From the IMG/VR virus record IMGVR_UViG_3300013121_000008, positions 64,001-128,000 of that record: a DNA stretch of 64,000 nucleotides. One strand, given 5' to 3'. A program made the translations under genes and the position numbers. Under the pieces are notes generated by a model. That model worked only from the letters and a program-made list of their open reading frames with translations. It was not told the DNA's origin and ran no database searches. The stretch is from a virus (taxonomy: Duplodnaviria; Heunggongvirae; Uroviricota; Caudoviricetes). Shown here in pieces: positions 41,486-50,948 of this stretch (the stretch's first letter is position 1; each line of letters opens with the position of its first letter).

Positions 41486-42718
41486 ATGAAAATATTATTA
41501 TTAGATCATCCTCAATTTACCCATGGTACGTGGATGCTATATGAGGGAATAGTTAGAATTTTTGGAAGAGATTGTATAACTGTCTTTCCTCCCAAACCAT
41601 GTTTTTATGATTCAAATGCAATTAAATTAAGACTTATGGATATAAGATGGTATAGAGAGGTATATAAAAATCTTAATAATTTACCCGTTGGAGTACCAGC
41701 GCTATCTCCTGGAGAAATACTAACTTATAATGATGAAAGAGTTGTTGATTATACAAATGTTATTTTACCTTCGCCAGACAAAAGTTATCAAGACTCTTTA
41801 GACGAAGATGAATTAATATCTTTAATTAATAACAATTATTACGATTTTATTATTTTAGGAAACTCTCACAGAGTTCCTACAATTGCTCTTGCTAGACTTA
41901 GAGATAGATGTAAAAGTTTACCACCAATTATATATTGTGATTTTGGAGAAAGAGACGAGTTCAATGCTCATTGGTGGCATGTATTTAAACCAGCTTTAGT
42001 TTTTAAACAAATATTAACTCCAGAGCTTTTAGAACTCAAGGGAAGTCCTGCAGTACCTTGCGATATGTTTCCTCTTCCTCTTTCAAACCCTAGATTATTA
42101 TTAGATGAGGGTCCGCTATCTAAAAACAAAAATTTTCTTAGAAAAAGAAAAATTGACGTAATAAGTTCTTTTGGCCCCACATGGCCCACTAGACAATTTG
42201 TTCAAGATAGAGTGAAAGAGGTTTGCTCTCAGTTGGATTCTAAATCTTCTTCCTTTAAATCTGTTTTAGACGGTTACAAATTTGATATGCTATCTAAAGC
42301 AAAAATTTGTGTTTCAATGAGAGGATCAGGCAGAGATACAGAAAGATATTGGGAGTTTCCCGCTCATGGAGCCGCTATGATTTGTGACGGTACTATGGGC
42401 TGTATACATCCATTTCCATTTCAAGATAAATTAAACGCCGTCTTTTATAGAAACTTAAATGAATTAGAATCTTCTATTCATTATCTTCTTGGCGATGAAG
42501 AAAATAGATTAATTATAGCAAGAAATGGATACAATCATATAAGAAAGTATCATAGTATAGAAGCTAGAGCTTTATTCTTTTTGGGTATAATAGACAATCG
42601 AATTGGAATAAATTATGACAACGATCAACTATTTAAGTTAAATAGTATATTATCGAAATTAGAATGGGATTCAAGATTGCCTAATTGGAGTGGACCCGTA
42701 GTCGGTTATGATGAATAA
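41486..42718 (+). CDS. GT-B glycosyltransferase (CgeB/Glyco_trans_1_2- or exostosin-like C-terminus)
   Basis: LSKAKICVSMRGSGRDTERYWEFPAHGAAMI...IARNGYNHIRKYHS pattern; cluster context. Confidence 0.65.
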   Translation: MKILLLDHPQFTHGTWMLYEGIVRIFGRDCITVFPPKPCFYDSNAIKLRLMDIRWYREVYKNLNNLPVGVPALSPGEILTYNDERVVDYTNVILPSPDKSYQDSLDEDELISLINNNYYDFIILGNSHRVPTIALARLRDRCKSLPPIIYCDFGERDEFNAHWWHVFKPALVFKQILTPELLELKGSPAVPCDMFPLPLSNPRLLLDEGPLSKNKNFLRKRKIDVISSFGPTWPTRQFVQDRVKEVCSQLDSKSSSFKSVLDGYKFDMLSKAKICVSMRGSGRDTERYWEFPAHGAAMICDGTMGCIHPFPFQDKLNAVFYRNLNELESSIHYLLGDEENRLIIARNGYNHIRKYHSIEARALFFLGIIDNRIGINYDNDQLFKLNSILSKLEWDSRLPNWSGPVVGYDE

Positions 42719-42744
42719 TAATTTAAAACTTAATAAGGATTAAA

Positions 42745-43467
42745 ATGCATAGTGATTTAATTAAAACTTTAATTAAGAATAATTTGATTGATGAGGCCGT
42801 CGCCGATTCTTGGTATAATAAATTATTTCTAACAAAACACGAGCAAAACGCGGCTCCTTGGGATATATTTTTATGTAATCTTTGGAACGAAAAACCAAGA
42901 AATTCTTTTGAGGCTTTGTCTGATTTTTATGAATCTGATTGCTGTGTAGTATTTCAAGGAACTATGTCTGGTACTTGGGATTCGAGTTCGATAAAAGAAA
43001 AATTAGCTCCTTACATAAAACCTGGAACTACTGTTTTAGAGTATGGTTCTGGAGGAGGAAGAGAGGTAATTTGCGCCTTGAAAGAGGGCGCAAAAGTAAT
43101 AGCTTGCGACGTTTCTGAAAGGCTATTAACTGGAGTTAAATTACTTGCAAAAGAGCATGGTTATGAATTAGAAACCATTTTAATAAAAGAAGATATTCCT
43201 TTATTACCTTCTGGTAATGATGTTGTTATTACTATTGATTGTCTTGAGCATGTTGATAAACCAATAGAAATATTAAATGCTCTTTCTAAGTCTTTAAAAC
43301 CGGGCGGTATTATGTATTGCGAAGTTTTTTTTGGGGGACATGAGCTGTCACCTTATCATTTAGAAAAACATTATTATTTAGGAAATAACGAAACTTGGAA
43401 ATCAGTTATGCAAGAAGCTGGTCTTGAACGAATTGATGAAGAAGGTATACTTTGGAAGAAAAAGTAA
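42745..43467 (+). CDS. Class I SAM-dependent methyltransferase (probable sugar methyltransferase)
   Basis: VLEYGSGGG motif I, ACDVS and IDCLEHV...LKPGG. Confidence 0.8.
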   Translation: MHSDLIKTLIKNNLIDEAVADSWYNKLFLTKHEQNAAPWDIFLCNLWNEKPRNSFEALSDFYESDCCVVFQGTMSGTWDSSSIKEKLAPYIKPGTTVLEYGSGGGREVICALKEGAKVIACDVSERLLTGVKLLAKEHGYELETILIKEDIPLLPSGNDVVITIDCLEHVDKPIEILNALSKSLKPGGIMYCEVFFGGHELSPYHLEKHYYLGNNETWKSVMQEAGLERIDEEGILWKKK

Positions 43468-44330
43468 AGTTTACATTATTTATAATGAATGAAAAAGGAT
43501 ATTCGGTATTAAAATCTTTTTTTGACTTGTTTGGAAAAGATCATATTGATAAAGTTATTTCTTCGGAAGATCCTGGACAGGTATCTTTTTTTACTGATAT
43601 AAAAACTTTTTGCGAACAAAAACAAATTACTTTTTTTGATAGAAAAGATCTGAAACAAGCAAAATGGGAATATGCTATTGCTATAGGTTGGAAATGGCTT
43701 TTACCAACTACTAAAAATTTAATCGTGCTTCATGATTCTTTGCTTCCTAAGTATAGAGGCTTTAATCCTTTGGTTTCTCAGTTATTAAATAAAGATAATA
43801 AAATTGGGGTAACTTCTTTGTGGGCTTCAGAAGAAGCAGACAAGGGTTATATTATATCTAGTGATTTTGTTACTATTACATATCCAATAAAGATTCAAGA
43901 AGCCATTGAGCTTATTATTCCTCTATACGTTAGTTTAGTAAACGATATTGTTAAAAATATTATTTCTAATAAAATTCCAATTGGTTGCGAGCAAAACGAA
44001 AAAGAAGCTACCTATAGTTTATGGAGAGACGAAGAGGATTACGAAATCCCTTGGGACTCTTCTTCAGAATACATTAAAAGACTTATTGATGCATCTGGCT
44101 TTCCTTATAGTGGAGCTTATTCTTTTTTGAATTTTAATAAGGTTAGAATTTTAGAGGCAAAAGAAATTCCAGATGAAGTAATTATTAATCGAACACCGGG
44201 AAAAATATTTAAATATATTAATGGTTTTCCAGTAGTAGTTTGCGGCCAAGGACTTATATTATTGGAAAAAATAGTAGATGAACAAAATTCTTCTATTATT
44301 TTGAATAAAATGAGGCTTAGATTTAAATAA
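43452..44330 (+). CDS. N10-formyl-THF-dependent formyltransferase (Fmt fold; probable nucleotide-sugar N-formyltransferase)
   Basis: LHDSLLPKYRGFNP, ADKGYII and C-terminal IPWD...IDASGFPYSGAY; directly upstream of a sugar aminotransferase. Confidence 0.8.
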   Translation: MEEKVKFTLFIMNEKGYSVLKSFFDLFGKDHIDKVISSEDPGQVSFFTDIKTFCEQKQITFFDRKDLKQAKWEYAIAIGWKWLLPTTKNLIVLHDSLLPKYRGFNPLVSQLLNKDNKIGVTSLWASEEADKGYIISSDFVTITYPIKIQEAIELIIPLYVSLVNDIVKNIISNKIPIGCEQNEKEATYSLWRDEEDYEIPWDSSSEYIKRLIDASGFPYSGAYSFLNFNKVRILEAKEIPDEVIINRTPGKIFKYINGFPVVVCGQGLILLEKIVDEQNSSIILNKMRLRFK

Positions 44331-45478
44331 TGATTCCCTTTAATGTTCCCTATGTTTCGAAAAATGAACGTTCTGTTATTTCAAGTGTTTACGCTAAAGG
44401 TAAGTTTAGTGGTAATGGTTACTATACTAGATTTGCTAATCATTTGTTAAGTAAATTACATATCGGTTCAGCTTACTCTTCAAACGATTCTTCTTCTATT
44501 CTTACTACTTCTTGTACAGACGCTTTAGAAATGTCTTCAATATTATATAGTATTGAAGAAGGTGATGAAGTAATATTACCTTCTTATACTTTTGTTTCTA
44601 CTGCTTTACCTTTTGAACTAAGAAAAGCTAAATTAGTCTTTGCTGATTCTGAGCAAGAAAGACCTCATATATCTTATGACTCAGTTAGGAAATTAATAAC
44701 AAACAAAACCAAATTAATTGTTGCGGTGAACTATGGCGGGACTGGAGCTAATCTATTTGCCCTAAAATCTTTATGTGACGAGAAAGGGATATTTCTTTTA
44801 GAAGATAATGCGCAAGGTTTAGGTTCCTCTTTAGGCAAGCATCCCTTGGGTACATTCGGACAGTTAAGTACATTAAGTTTTCATGAAACTAAAAATGTAC
44901 AATGTGGAGAGGGAGGCGCTCTAATAATTAATGATTTATCTTTTGAAGACCGTGCCCATATCTTAAAAGATAAAGGTACGAATAGAAAATGGTTTGATGC
45001 GGGATATCTTCCCGAGTATAATTGGGTAGACGTTGGCTCCTCTTATTTAATGTCAGAAATATTGGCTGCAATTGTGTATTCACAATTAAATGATTTAAAC
45101 CATGTAACTTTAAGAAGAGTTGATATATTTAATGCCTATTTAAATTCATTTCAAGAATTAAAATCAAAAGGCATTTTATTACCAATTGTAAATGAAACTT
45201 ATCAAACTAATGGTCATATATTTTATTTAGTTCTTCCTAGCAAAGAAGAGAGAAACCAATTAATTTCTTTCTTGAAGAAAAAAGAGATTATGGCTGTATC
45301 TCACTATGTTTCTTTACATAAATCTCCTTACTTTATAAATAAATACCAAGGAGAAGAATTAGTGAATTCGGATAAGTTTTCAAACAATTTGGTTAGGTTG
45401 CCATTGTTTTACAATATGACTAATGATGAACTGAATTATATCATAGAAACAATCAAGAAATATTTTGGAGTCGCTTAA
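44330..45478 (+). CDS. wecE: dTDP-4-amino-4,6-dideoxygalactose transaminase-like (DegT/DnrJ family)
   Basis: MIPFN, TTSCTDALEM, SYTFVSTA, EDNAQG, SFHETKNVQCGEGG (PLP Lys) and GSSYLMSE are typical of WecE/RffA. Confidence 0.85.
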   Translation: MIPFNVPYVSKNERSVISSVYAKGKFSGNGYYTRFANHLLSKLHIGSAYSSNDSSSILTTSCTDALEMSSILYSIEEGDEVILPSYTFVSTALPFELRKAKLVFADSEQERPHISYDSVRKLITNKTKLIVAVNYGGTGANLFALKSLCDEKGIFLLEDNAQGLGSSLGKHPLGTFGQLSTLSFHETKNVQCGEGGALIINDLSFEDRAHILKDKGTNRKWFDAGYLPEYNWVDVGSSYLMSEILAAIVYSQLNDLNHVTLRRVDIFNAYLNSFQELKSKGILLPIVNETYQTNGHIFYLVLPSKEERNQLISFLKKKEIMAVSHYVSLHKSPYFINKYQGEELVNSDKFSNNLVRLPLFYNMTNDELNYIIETIKKYFGVA

Positions 45479-46203
45479 TGAAAGGAATTATATTGGCTGG
45501 AGGAACAGGTTCTAGACTCTGGCCCCTAACAAAAGTTACAAATAAACATTTGCTCCCTATATATAATAAACCAATGATTTATTATCCCATAGAATTTTTA
45601 AGAGATTCGGGGATTAAAAATATTATGATTGTTTTAGGGGGTAATTCAGTTGGCGATTTTATTAACCTTCTTGGTGATGGCTCTGGTCTTGGTGTTTCTT
45701 TGACTTATAAGCATCAAGCGAAACCAGATGGTATTGCCGGTGCATTAAAACTGTGTAGAGATTTTTGTGGAGAAGATTATTTTACTGTTTGTCTGGGGGA
45801 TAATATCTTTGAGAAACCTATAGAGAATCTTGGCAAATGGGGTTATGGATGTTCTCCAAGACCTTTATCCAAAATCTTTATACATCCCACCGATAAGCCT
45901 TCAAGTTTCGGTGTCCCAACTTTGAGCGAAAACAAAGTTATTAAAATAACAGAGAAGCCAAAAAATCCAGATTCCAATTATGCTGTAACTGGTTTATACC
46001 AATACGATAAGTATATATGGTCAATGATAGATTCACTAACGCCAAGTCTGCGTGGCGAATTAGAAATTACAGATATTAATAATTGGTATATATCTCAAGA
46101 AGGATTAAAAGCTAAAACTTTAGAGGGTTTTTGGCATGATGCTGGTTCAATAGAATCTTTATTTTTATGTAGTGAGTTAATAAGAAATGCAAATAAGAAA
46201 TAA
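45478..46203 (+). CDS. rmlA: Glucose-1-phosphate thymidylyltransferase
   Basis: MKGIILAGGTGSRLWPLTKVTNKHLLPIYNKPMIYYP, EKP, RGELEITD and WHDAGS. Confidence 0.92.
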   Translation: MKGIILAGGTGSRLWPLTKVTNKHLLPIYNKPMIYYPIEFLRDSGIKNIMIVLGGNSVGDFINLLGDGSGLGVSLTYKHQAKPDGIAGALKLCRDFCGEDYFTVCLGDNIFEKPIENLGKWGYGCSPRPLSKIFIHPTDKPSSFGVPTLSENKVIKITEKPKNPDSNYAVTGLYQYDKYIWSMIDSLTPSLRGELEITDINNWYISQEGLKAKTLEGFWHDAGSIESLFLCSELIRNANKK

Positions 46204-47128
46204 AAAAATAGTCTTAACTGGCGGTTGTGGTTTTATAGGAAACAATTTTATTGACCATTTAATTGAAAAAGAGCCATCTGATATTTTGGTAATAGATAAA
46301 TTAAGTTATGTATCTAATACTGATAAGGTAGACTATTATGGTATTCCATATTTAAAAGCCGAGATAGAAAGTTACGCTGCTTATCAGAACGTAATTAATT
46401 ACAAACCTGATATCATTATTAATATGGCTGCTGAAAGTCATGTTGACGTAAGTATAGAGAACCCTAATCTATTTTTAGATTCTAATGTTTATGGAACCGT
46501 AAATCTTTTAAATGCCGCAAAAGACTTAAATAATACTCCTTTATTTTTACAAATAAGTACAGATGAAGTTTATGGCAGTGTTAGCTCTCCTTCTGTAGAG
46601 TCTGATGGAATGTTTCCTTCTTCTCCTTATTCGGCTTCGAAAGCTTCTGCTGAACAATTTGTTCATGCTTATCATACTACATTTAAAGTTCCATTCTTAA
46701 TTACTAGAAGCTCTAATAATTATGGTCCTTTTCAACATCAAGAAAAATTAATTCCTAAAGCTATTACTAATATTCTTAATGGTGTTAAGATTCCTATTTA
46801 CGGTAATGGAAAGAATATAAGAAATTGGATTTATGTAGATGATAATTGTAAAGGAATCATTAACGTTCTTGAGTCAAACAAAACAAATGAAATCTATAAT
46901 GTTTCTTCAAATGATATCTTTTCTAATTTAGAAATTATATCTTATATCTGTAAGGTAATGAATAAAGATATTTATTCATCTATTGAATTTGTTGAAGACA
47001 GAAAAGGCCATGATTTGATGTATTACCTTTCTAATAAAAAGTTAATTAAAGACACTCCATGGAAGCAAGAGACTTCAATTATTAAAGGTTTAGAAAAAAC
47101 TATTAATTGGTATAGCTCTAAATGTTAA
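46187..47128 (+). CDS. rmlB: dTDP-glucose 4,6-dehydratase
   Basis: TGGCGFIG, AAESHVD, ISTDEVYG, PYSASK and NNYGPFQHQEKLIP. Confidence 0.92.
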   Translation: MQIRNKKIVLTGGCGFIGNNFIDHLIEKEPSDILVIDKLSYVSNTDKVDYYGIPYLKAEIESYAAYQNVINYKPDIIINMAAESHVDVSIENPNLFLDSNVYGTVNLLNAAKDLNNTPLFLQISTDEVYGSVSSPSVESDGMFPSSPYSASKASAEQFVHAYHTTFKVPFLITRSSNNYGPFQHQEKLIPKAITNILNGVKIPIYGNGKNIRNWIYVDDNCKGIINVLESNKTNEIYNVSSNDIFSNLEIISYICKVMNKDIYSSIEFVEDRKGHDLMYYLSNKKLIKDTPWKQETSIIKGLEKTINWYSSKC

Positions 47129-47877
47129 CAGAAAAGTTTAATAAATTGTTTATTGGTGCTTCTGGACTATTAGGTAGAAATTGTATTCCACTATTAGAAG
47201 ATAATATTTTTACACCTTCTAGAATAGAATTAGATATCTCTTCTGAAGAAAATATTAAAAGTTTTTTTAAAGCTTTTCCTATTGAGTTAGATGAAGTTAT
47301 TATTTCTGCCGCCATAACAGACGTAATTGGATGTAACTGTGTTAAGAAAGATCTTGCTTTACAAGTCAATGGGAAGGCGCCAGGAATTATAGCTCGCGAG
47401 GCTATCAAACATAATAAAAATATTCTTATCACTTATATTTCTTCTGATTATGTTTTTAATGGAAACTCTGGAGGATATTACGAATATGAATCTATTAATC
47501 CTGTTTATAATAATTATTATGCTTTCACTAAAGCTGCGGGAGAAATGTCATTAAGTGTTTTTAAAAATGTTAGAATAATTAGAACTTCTTTTTGTGATAA
47601 TATTTGGCCTTATGATAATGCTTTTGAAGATCAATTCACTTCAAGAGATACTATATCTATTATAGGGCCGCTAATAAGCTCATATATCAATTCTGTTACG
47701 ATTGGAATAGTTCACATAGGCACAAAAAGAAAGTCCGTTTATGAGCTTGCTAGACGCCTTAAACCCGATGTTAAGCCTTCCTCTCGTTTAGATGTTATAA
47801 AACGTACCGGAGTGAATATTCCATATGATACTTCTTTACGTTCTTGTTTTAAACTTATAGAAAAAAATAAAGGATAA
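47122..47877 (+). CDS. rmlD: dTDP-4-dehydrorhamnose reductase
   Basis: GASGLLG, ISSDYVFNG and YAFTKAAGE (YxxxK). Confidence 0.8.
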   Translation: MLTEKFNKLFIGASGLLGRNCIPLLEDNIFTPSRIELDISSEENIKSFFKAFPIELDEVIISAAITDVIGCNCVKKDLALQVNGKAPGIIAREAIKHNKNILITYISSDYVFNGNSGGYYEYESINPVYNNYYAFTKAAGEMSLSVFKNVRIIRTSFCDNIWPYDNAFEDQFTSRDTISIIGPLISSYINSVTIGIVHIGTKRKSVYELARRLKPDVKPSSRLDVIKRTGVNIPYDTSLRSCFKLIEKNKG

Positions 47878-47878
47878 A

Positions 47879-48349
47879 ATGTTTAATCTTAATAGAGAAC
47901 CTGAAATAAAATATTTAAATCCATACATGGACACTAGAGGTTATTCCTTTTTTAATATTTATCCCGATATAAAATCTGGACAAATTAATATAGGTAATCT
48001 TTTTGACGACGCCATAAAAGCTTTTCATTATCACAAAGCACAAGATGATTATTGGTTTTGTTTGAAAGGTAATATACATATTATATGCGCTCGCCCCAAA
48101 AACTTAAGTGATTATGAAACGGGAAACCTATCGAAAGAGAATTGTATTATAAAACATTTCTATATAGGTGAAAATAATCCCTGTGTGCTTAAAATACCTA
48201 TATACTGGATGCATGGTTATTGTAATTTAAATAAAGATTCTACTTTATTATATTGGGTAACCGAACCTTATAACCCTAACTGTCCAGATGAATATAGAAT
48301 TGATTGGGATATCTTTGGAAAAGATATATGGAGAAGGGAAAATAAATAA
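47879..48349 (+). CDS. rmlC: dTDP-4-dehydrorhamnose 3,5-epimerase (short cupin type)
   Basis: DTRGY, AFHYHKAQDDYW and IPIYWMHGY; context beside rmlABD. Confidence 0.75.
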   Translation: MFNLNREPEIKYLNPYMDTRGYSFFNIYPDIKSGQINIGNLFDDAIKAFHYHKAQDDYWFCLKGNIHIICARPKNLSDYETGNLSKENCIIKHFYIGENNPCVLKIPIYWMHGYCNLNKDSTLLYWVTEPYNPNCPDEYRIDWDIFGKDIWRRENK

Positions 48350-48350
48350 A

Positions 48351-49331
48351 ATGAAAACGGCGATTGTTACAGGATGTTTGGGGCAAGATGGAAGTTATCT
48401 TGTAGAATATTTGAGAAGTTTAGATTATCATGTAGTCGGAATAACAAGACGAAGATCGTCTGATGCCCTTAGTTACGGATTCCTTTCGGCTCTTAGAAAT
48501 GATCCTCATTTTGAATTATATCATGGAGATATAACTGATCCGGTATTTATTACTGATTTATTATGTAAGTATTTCCCTGATGAGTATTATAACTTAGCTG
48601 CCCAATCTCACGTACATCATTCTTTTTCTAACCCAATAGATACTTTCAATATAGATGCTTTAGCTGTAGTTAATGTTTTATCTTTAATTGAAAAACATTC
48701 AAGAAATACAAAGTTTTATCAAGCTTCTACAAGTGAATTATTCGGTGGTTTAAATTGTCCCTTTAAGGGTTATACAGAAGAATCTCCATTATATCCTAGA
48801 AGCCCTTATGGTGTTGCTAAATTAGCTGCTCATTGGGCTACAATAAATTTTAAAGAAGCTTATGGTCTTTATGCTTGTGCAGGAATACTTTTTAATCATG
48901 GCTCCCCAAGAAGAGGCTTAGATTTTATAGAAAGAAAAATAACAAACACAGTAGCTAAAATAAAGTTAAGAAAGACTAAAAAAATAGTATTAGGTAATTT
49001 AGACGCTTATAGAGATTTAGGTCATTCTAAAGATTATGTTAAAGCTCAACATCTAATGCTCCAACAAGACGTTCCCCAAAATTATATTATTGCTACTGGT
49101 AAAACCTATCAGATAAAAGATATTGTAACCTTAGCTTTTAAAGTAGCTAACATTAATTATCCAGAAGATTATATAGAGTTTGATGAAAGATTTTTAAGAC
49201 CATCTGAAGTTCCTTATCTATTAGGTAATCCAGAAAAAGCTTTAAATGAGTTATCTTGGAAACCAGATTATAATTTAGAAACTTTAATTGAAGAAATGTA
49301 TAGAAATGATTTAGAATTAGAAAAAAGGTAA
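48351..49331 (+). CDS. gmd: GDP-mannose 4,6-dehydratase (start re-assigned to ATG 48351)
   Basis: MKTAIVTGCLGQDGSYL, NLAAQSHV, YQASTSELFG, PRSPYGVAKL, LGNLDAYRDLGH and RPSEV. Confidence 0.92.
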   Translation: MKTAIVTGCLGQDGSYLVEYLRSLDYHVVGITRRRSSDALSYGFLSALRNDPHFELYHGDITDPVFITDLLCKYFPDEYYNLAAQSHVHHSFSNPIDTFNIDALAVVNVLSLIEKHSRNTKFYQASTSELFGGLNCPFKGYTEESPLYPRSPYGVAKLAAHWATINFKEAYGLYACAGILFNHGSPRRGLDFIERKITNTVAKIKLRKTKKIVLGNLDAYRDLGHSKDYVKAQHLMLQQDVPQNYIIATGKTYQIKDIVTLAFKVANINYPEDYIEFDERFLRPSEVPYLLGNPEKALNELSWKPDYNLETLIEEMYRNDLELEKR

Positions 49332-49334
49332 TCT

Positions 49335-50948
49335 ATGAGCGTTTCTATTAATTCAAGAAAATGGGAGAAAGGTCCATTTAAGGGTGAATCTGGATCTACT
49401 TATTATGCTGGTTTTGATGAAAACGGCAATCCAATTTTATTGACTCCAGAAACTCTTGAAGGTCCACAAGGTCCGCAGGGTCCTACTGGTCCTACTGGTC
49501 CACAAGGTCCAGCGGGTGCAGATGGAGCGCAAGGTCCACAAGGAATTCAAGGACCTGCTGGGGCGACAGGAGCTAACGGAGCTAATGGAAATAACGGCGC
49601 TGATGGTAAATCTATTCTTTATGGTGCCTCTAATCCAGGTCCGTCAGATGGGTCTGATGGTGATTTTTGGATAAACACAAGTTCTAATTATTTATTTGGT
49701 CCTAAAGTATCAGGTGTTTGGCCTGCTGGAGTATCTTTAGTTGGGCCTACAGGTCCCCAAGGCTCTAATGGAACATCTGGCGCAGATGGAGCAGATGGGA
49801 AATCTATAAGATATGGATCTTCTGATCCCACTATATCTGATGGAGTCGATGGAGATTTTTGGATTAATACAACATCACATTATTTATTTGGACCAAAGGC
49901 GTCTGGAACTTGGCCTTCGGGGACTTCTCTAATAGCTATTTCTTATGATTACCAAAATATTTCTGGGAATACAACTCTGTCTACGCAACGTTCGTTACTG
50001 TATGTGAGCGCGGCAGCTACTATTACTTTACCGGCTTTGTCTTCTTGGACAATTGGAAAACCAACTAAAATATTTTATAAAGGCACCTCTGCTGTAAGAA
50101 TAATAATTGTGGCAGATACTGTTGGGCCTGATTTAATAGAGGGAGCGGCTAAAGTAGCTTTATATGGTTATGATATAGAAGCCACATTAATTCCTATATC
50201 TAGTAATAGATTCTCTATCTCTGTCTCTAAAGGTGTAGCGCAATGGAGTCATGCTCGTTCAAATTTATCTACAGCGGCCGGCGCCTCGCCCTGGACCATA
50301 AATGGTGTTGTATGGACAGATATAAGTAGTTCCAGTAATTCTGTTTCAGCTTCTTCTGGGTTAAGCCACACCTCTACCGCTGTAAGCTTTTGGGGATCTG
50401 GTCTTGGATCTATTGCTAAGGCACCTTTAACAAACTTTTTAGATGGTTGGTCTAGACCAATTACTCCTAGAACTAAAATGTGGATATGTGTTAAAGAATT
50501 TTTAGCATCTGGAGTTACAACAAATATAGCTTCTAATGTGACATTAGGGGGCACAGCGGGAACTACTACTCCTAAAATCGGGACAACCATGGATCCAAGC
50601 ATAGGACATCGAATGCTTTCTCGTGTAACTTCTACTTATGTTTTAACAGAAGGAACAGCCGTAACGTCCTCTTCTGTTTGGAATTGTATGCTTTGGGATC
50701 CAATTAATAGAAGGATATCAGAAACTATTTATTCTGTATCTCCTTCTGGAACTCCTGGGGTAGACTGGTGGCCAAATGAATATATAACCTCTAAAGGTAT
50801 GGGATATTCACAAGACTCCCTGGCCACTGCCGTAACAGATGGTTGGAAAATAGATGATATAACTCATATTCTTTTATCGCAAACCGGTACGGGAGGTTCA
50901 TTTACCAGAACTGACTGTGTTATAATTTTAGAAACAGGATCATTATAA
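49335..50948 (+). CDS. Collagen-like fibre protein with repeated globular modules
   Basis: Gly-X-Y run at nt 49461-49607, two ~44-aa GKS..YG...DG.DGDFWINT.S.YLFGPK.SG.WP repeats and a Ser/Thr-rich C-terminal domain. Confidence 0.75.
   Translation: MSVSINSRKWEKGPFKGESGSTYYAGFDENGNPILLTPETLEGPQGPQGPTGPTGPQGPAGADGAQGPQGIQGPAGATGANGANGNNGADGKSILYGASNPGPSDGSDGDFWINTSSNYLFGPKVSGVWPAGVSLVGPTGPQGSNGTSGADGADGKSIRYGSSDPTISDGVDGDFWINTTSHYLFGPKASGTWPSGTSLIAISYDYQNISGNTTLSTQRSLLYVSAAATITLPALSSWTIGKPTKIFYKGTSAVRIIIVADTVGPDLIEGAAKVALYGYDIEATLIPISSNRFSISVSKGVAQWSHARSNLSTAAGASPWTINGVVWTDISSSSNSVSASSGLSHTSTAVSFWGSGLGSIAKAPLTNFLDGWSRPITPRTKMWICVKEFLASGVTTNIASNVTLGGTAGTTTPKIGTTMDPSIGHRMLSRVTSTYVLTEGTAVTSSSVWNCMLWDPINRRISETIYSVSPSGTPGVDWWPNEYITSKGMGYSQDSLATAVTDGWKIDDITHILLSQTGTGGSFTRTDCVIILETGSL
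49461..49607 (+). repeat. Collagen-like (Gly-X-Y)16 coding repeat
   Basis: GPQGPQGPTGPTGPQGPAGADGAQGPQGIQGPAGATGANGANGNNGADG read directly. Confidence 0.9.

Noticed and set aside
48288-48350. Extended N-terminus of Gmd as in the ORF track
   Set aside because: It overlaps rmlC, and the family N-terminus (MKTAIVTG) starts at ATG 48351 after an A-rich leader.
37634-49331. Bacterial O-antigen/LPS locus or host contamination
   Set aside because: No wzx/wzy/wzm/wzt or initiating transferase is present, and the cluster is overlap-coupled to phage fibre genes. A host-surface conversion role cannot be fully excluded.
49456-49674. Overlapping 72-aa ORF in the collagen gene
   Set aside because: An artefact of the GC-rich Gly-X-Y repeat lacking stops in the alternate frame.
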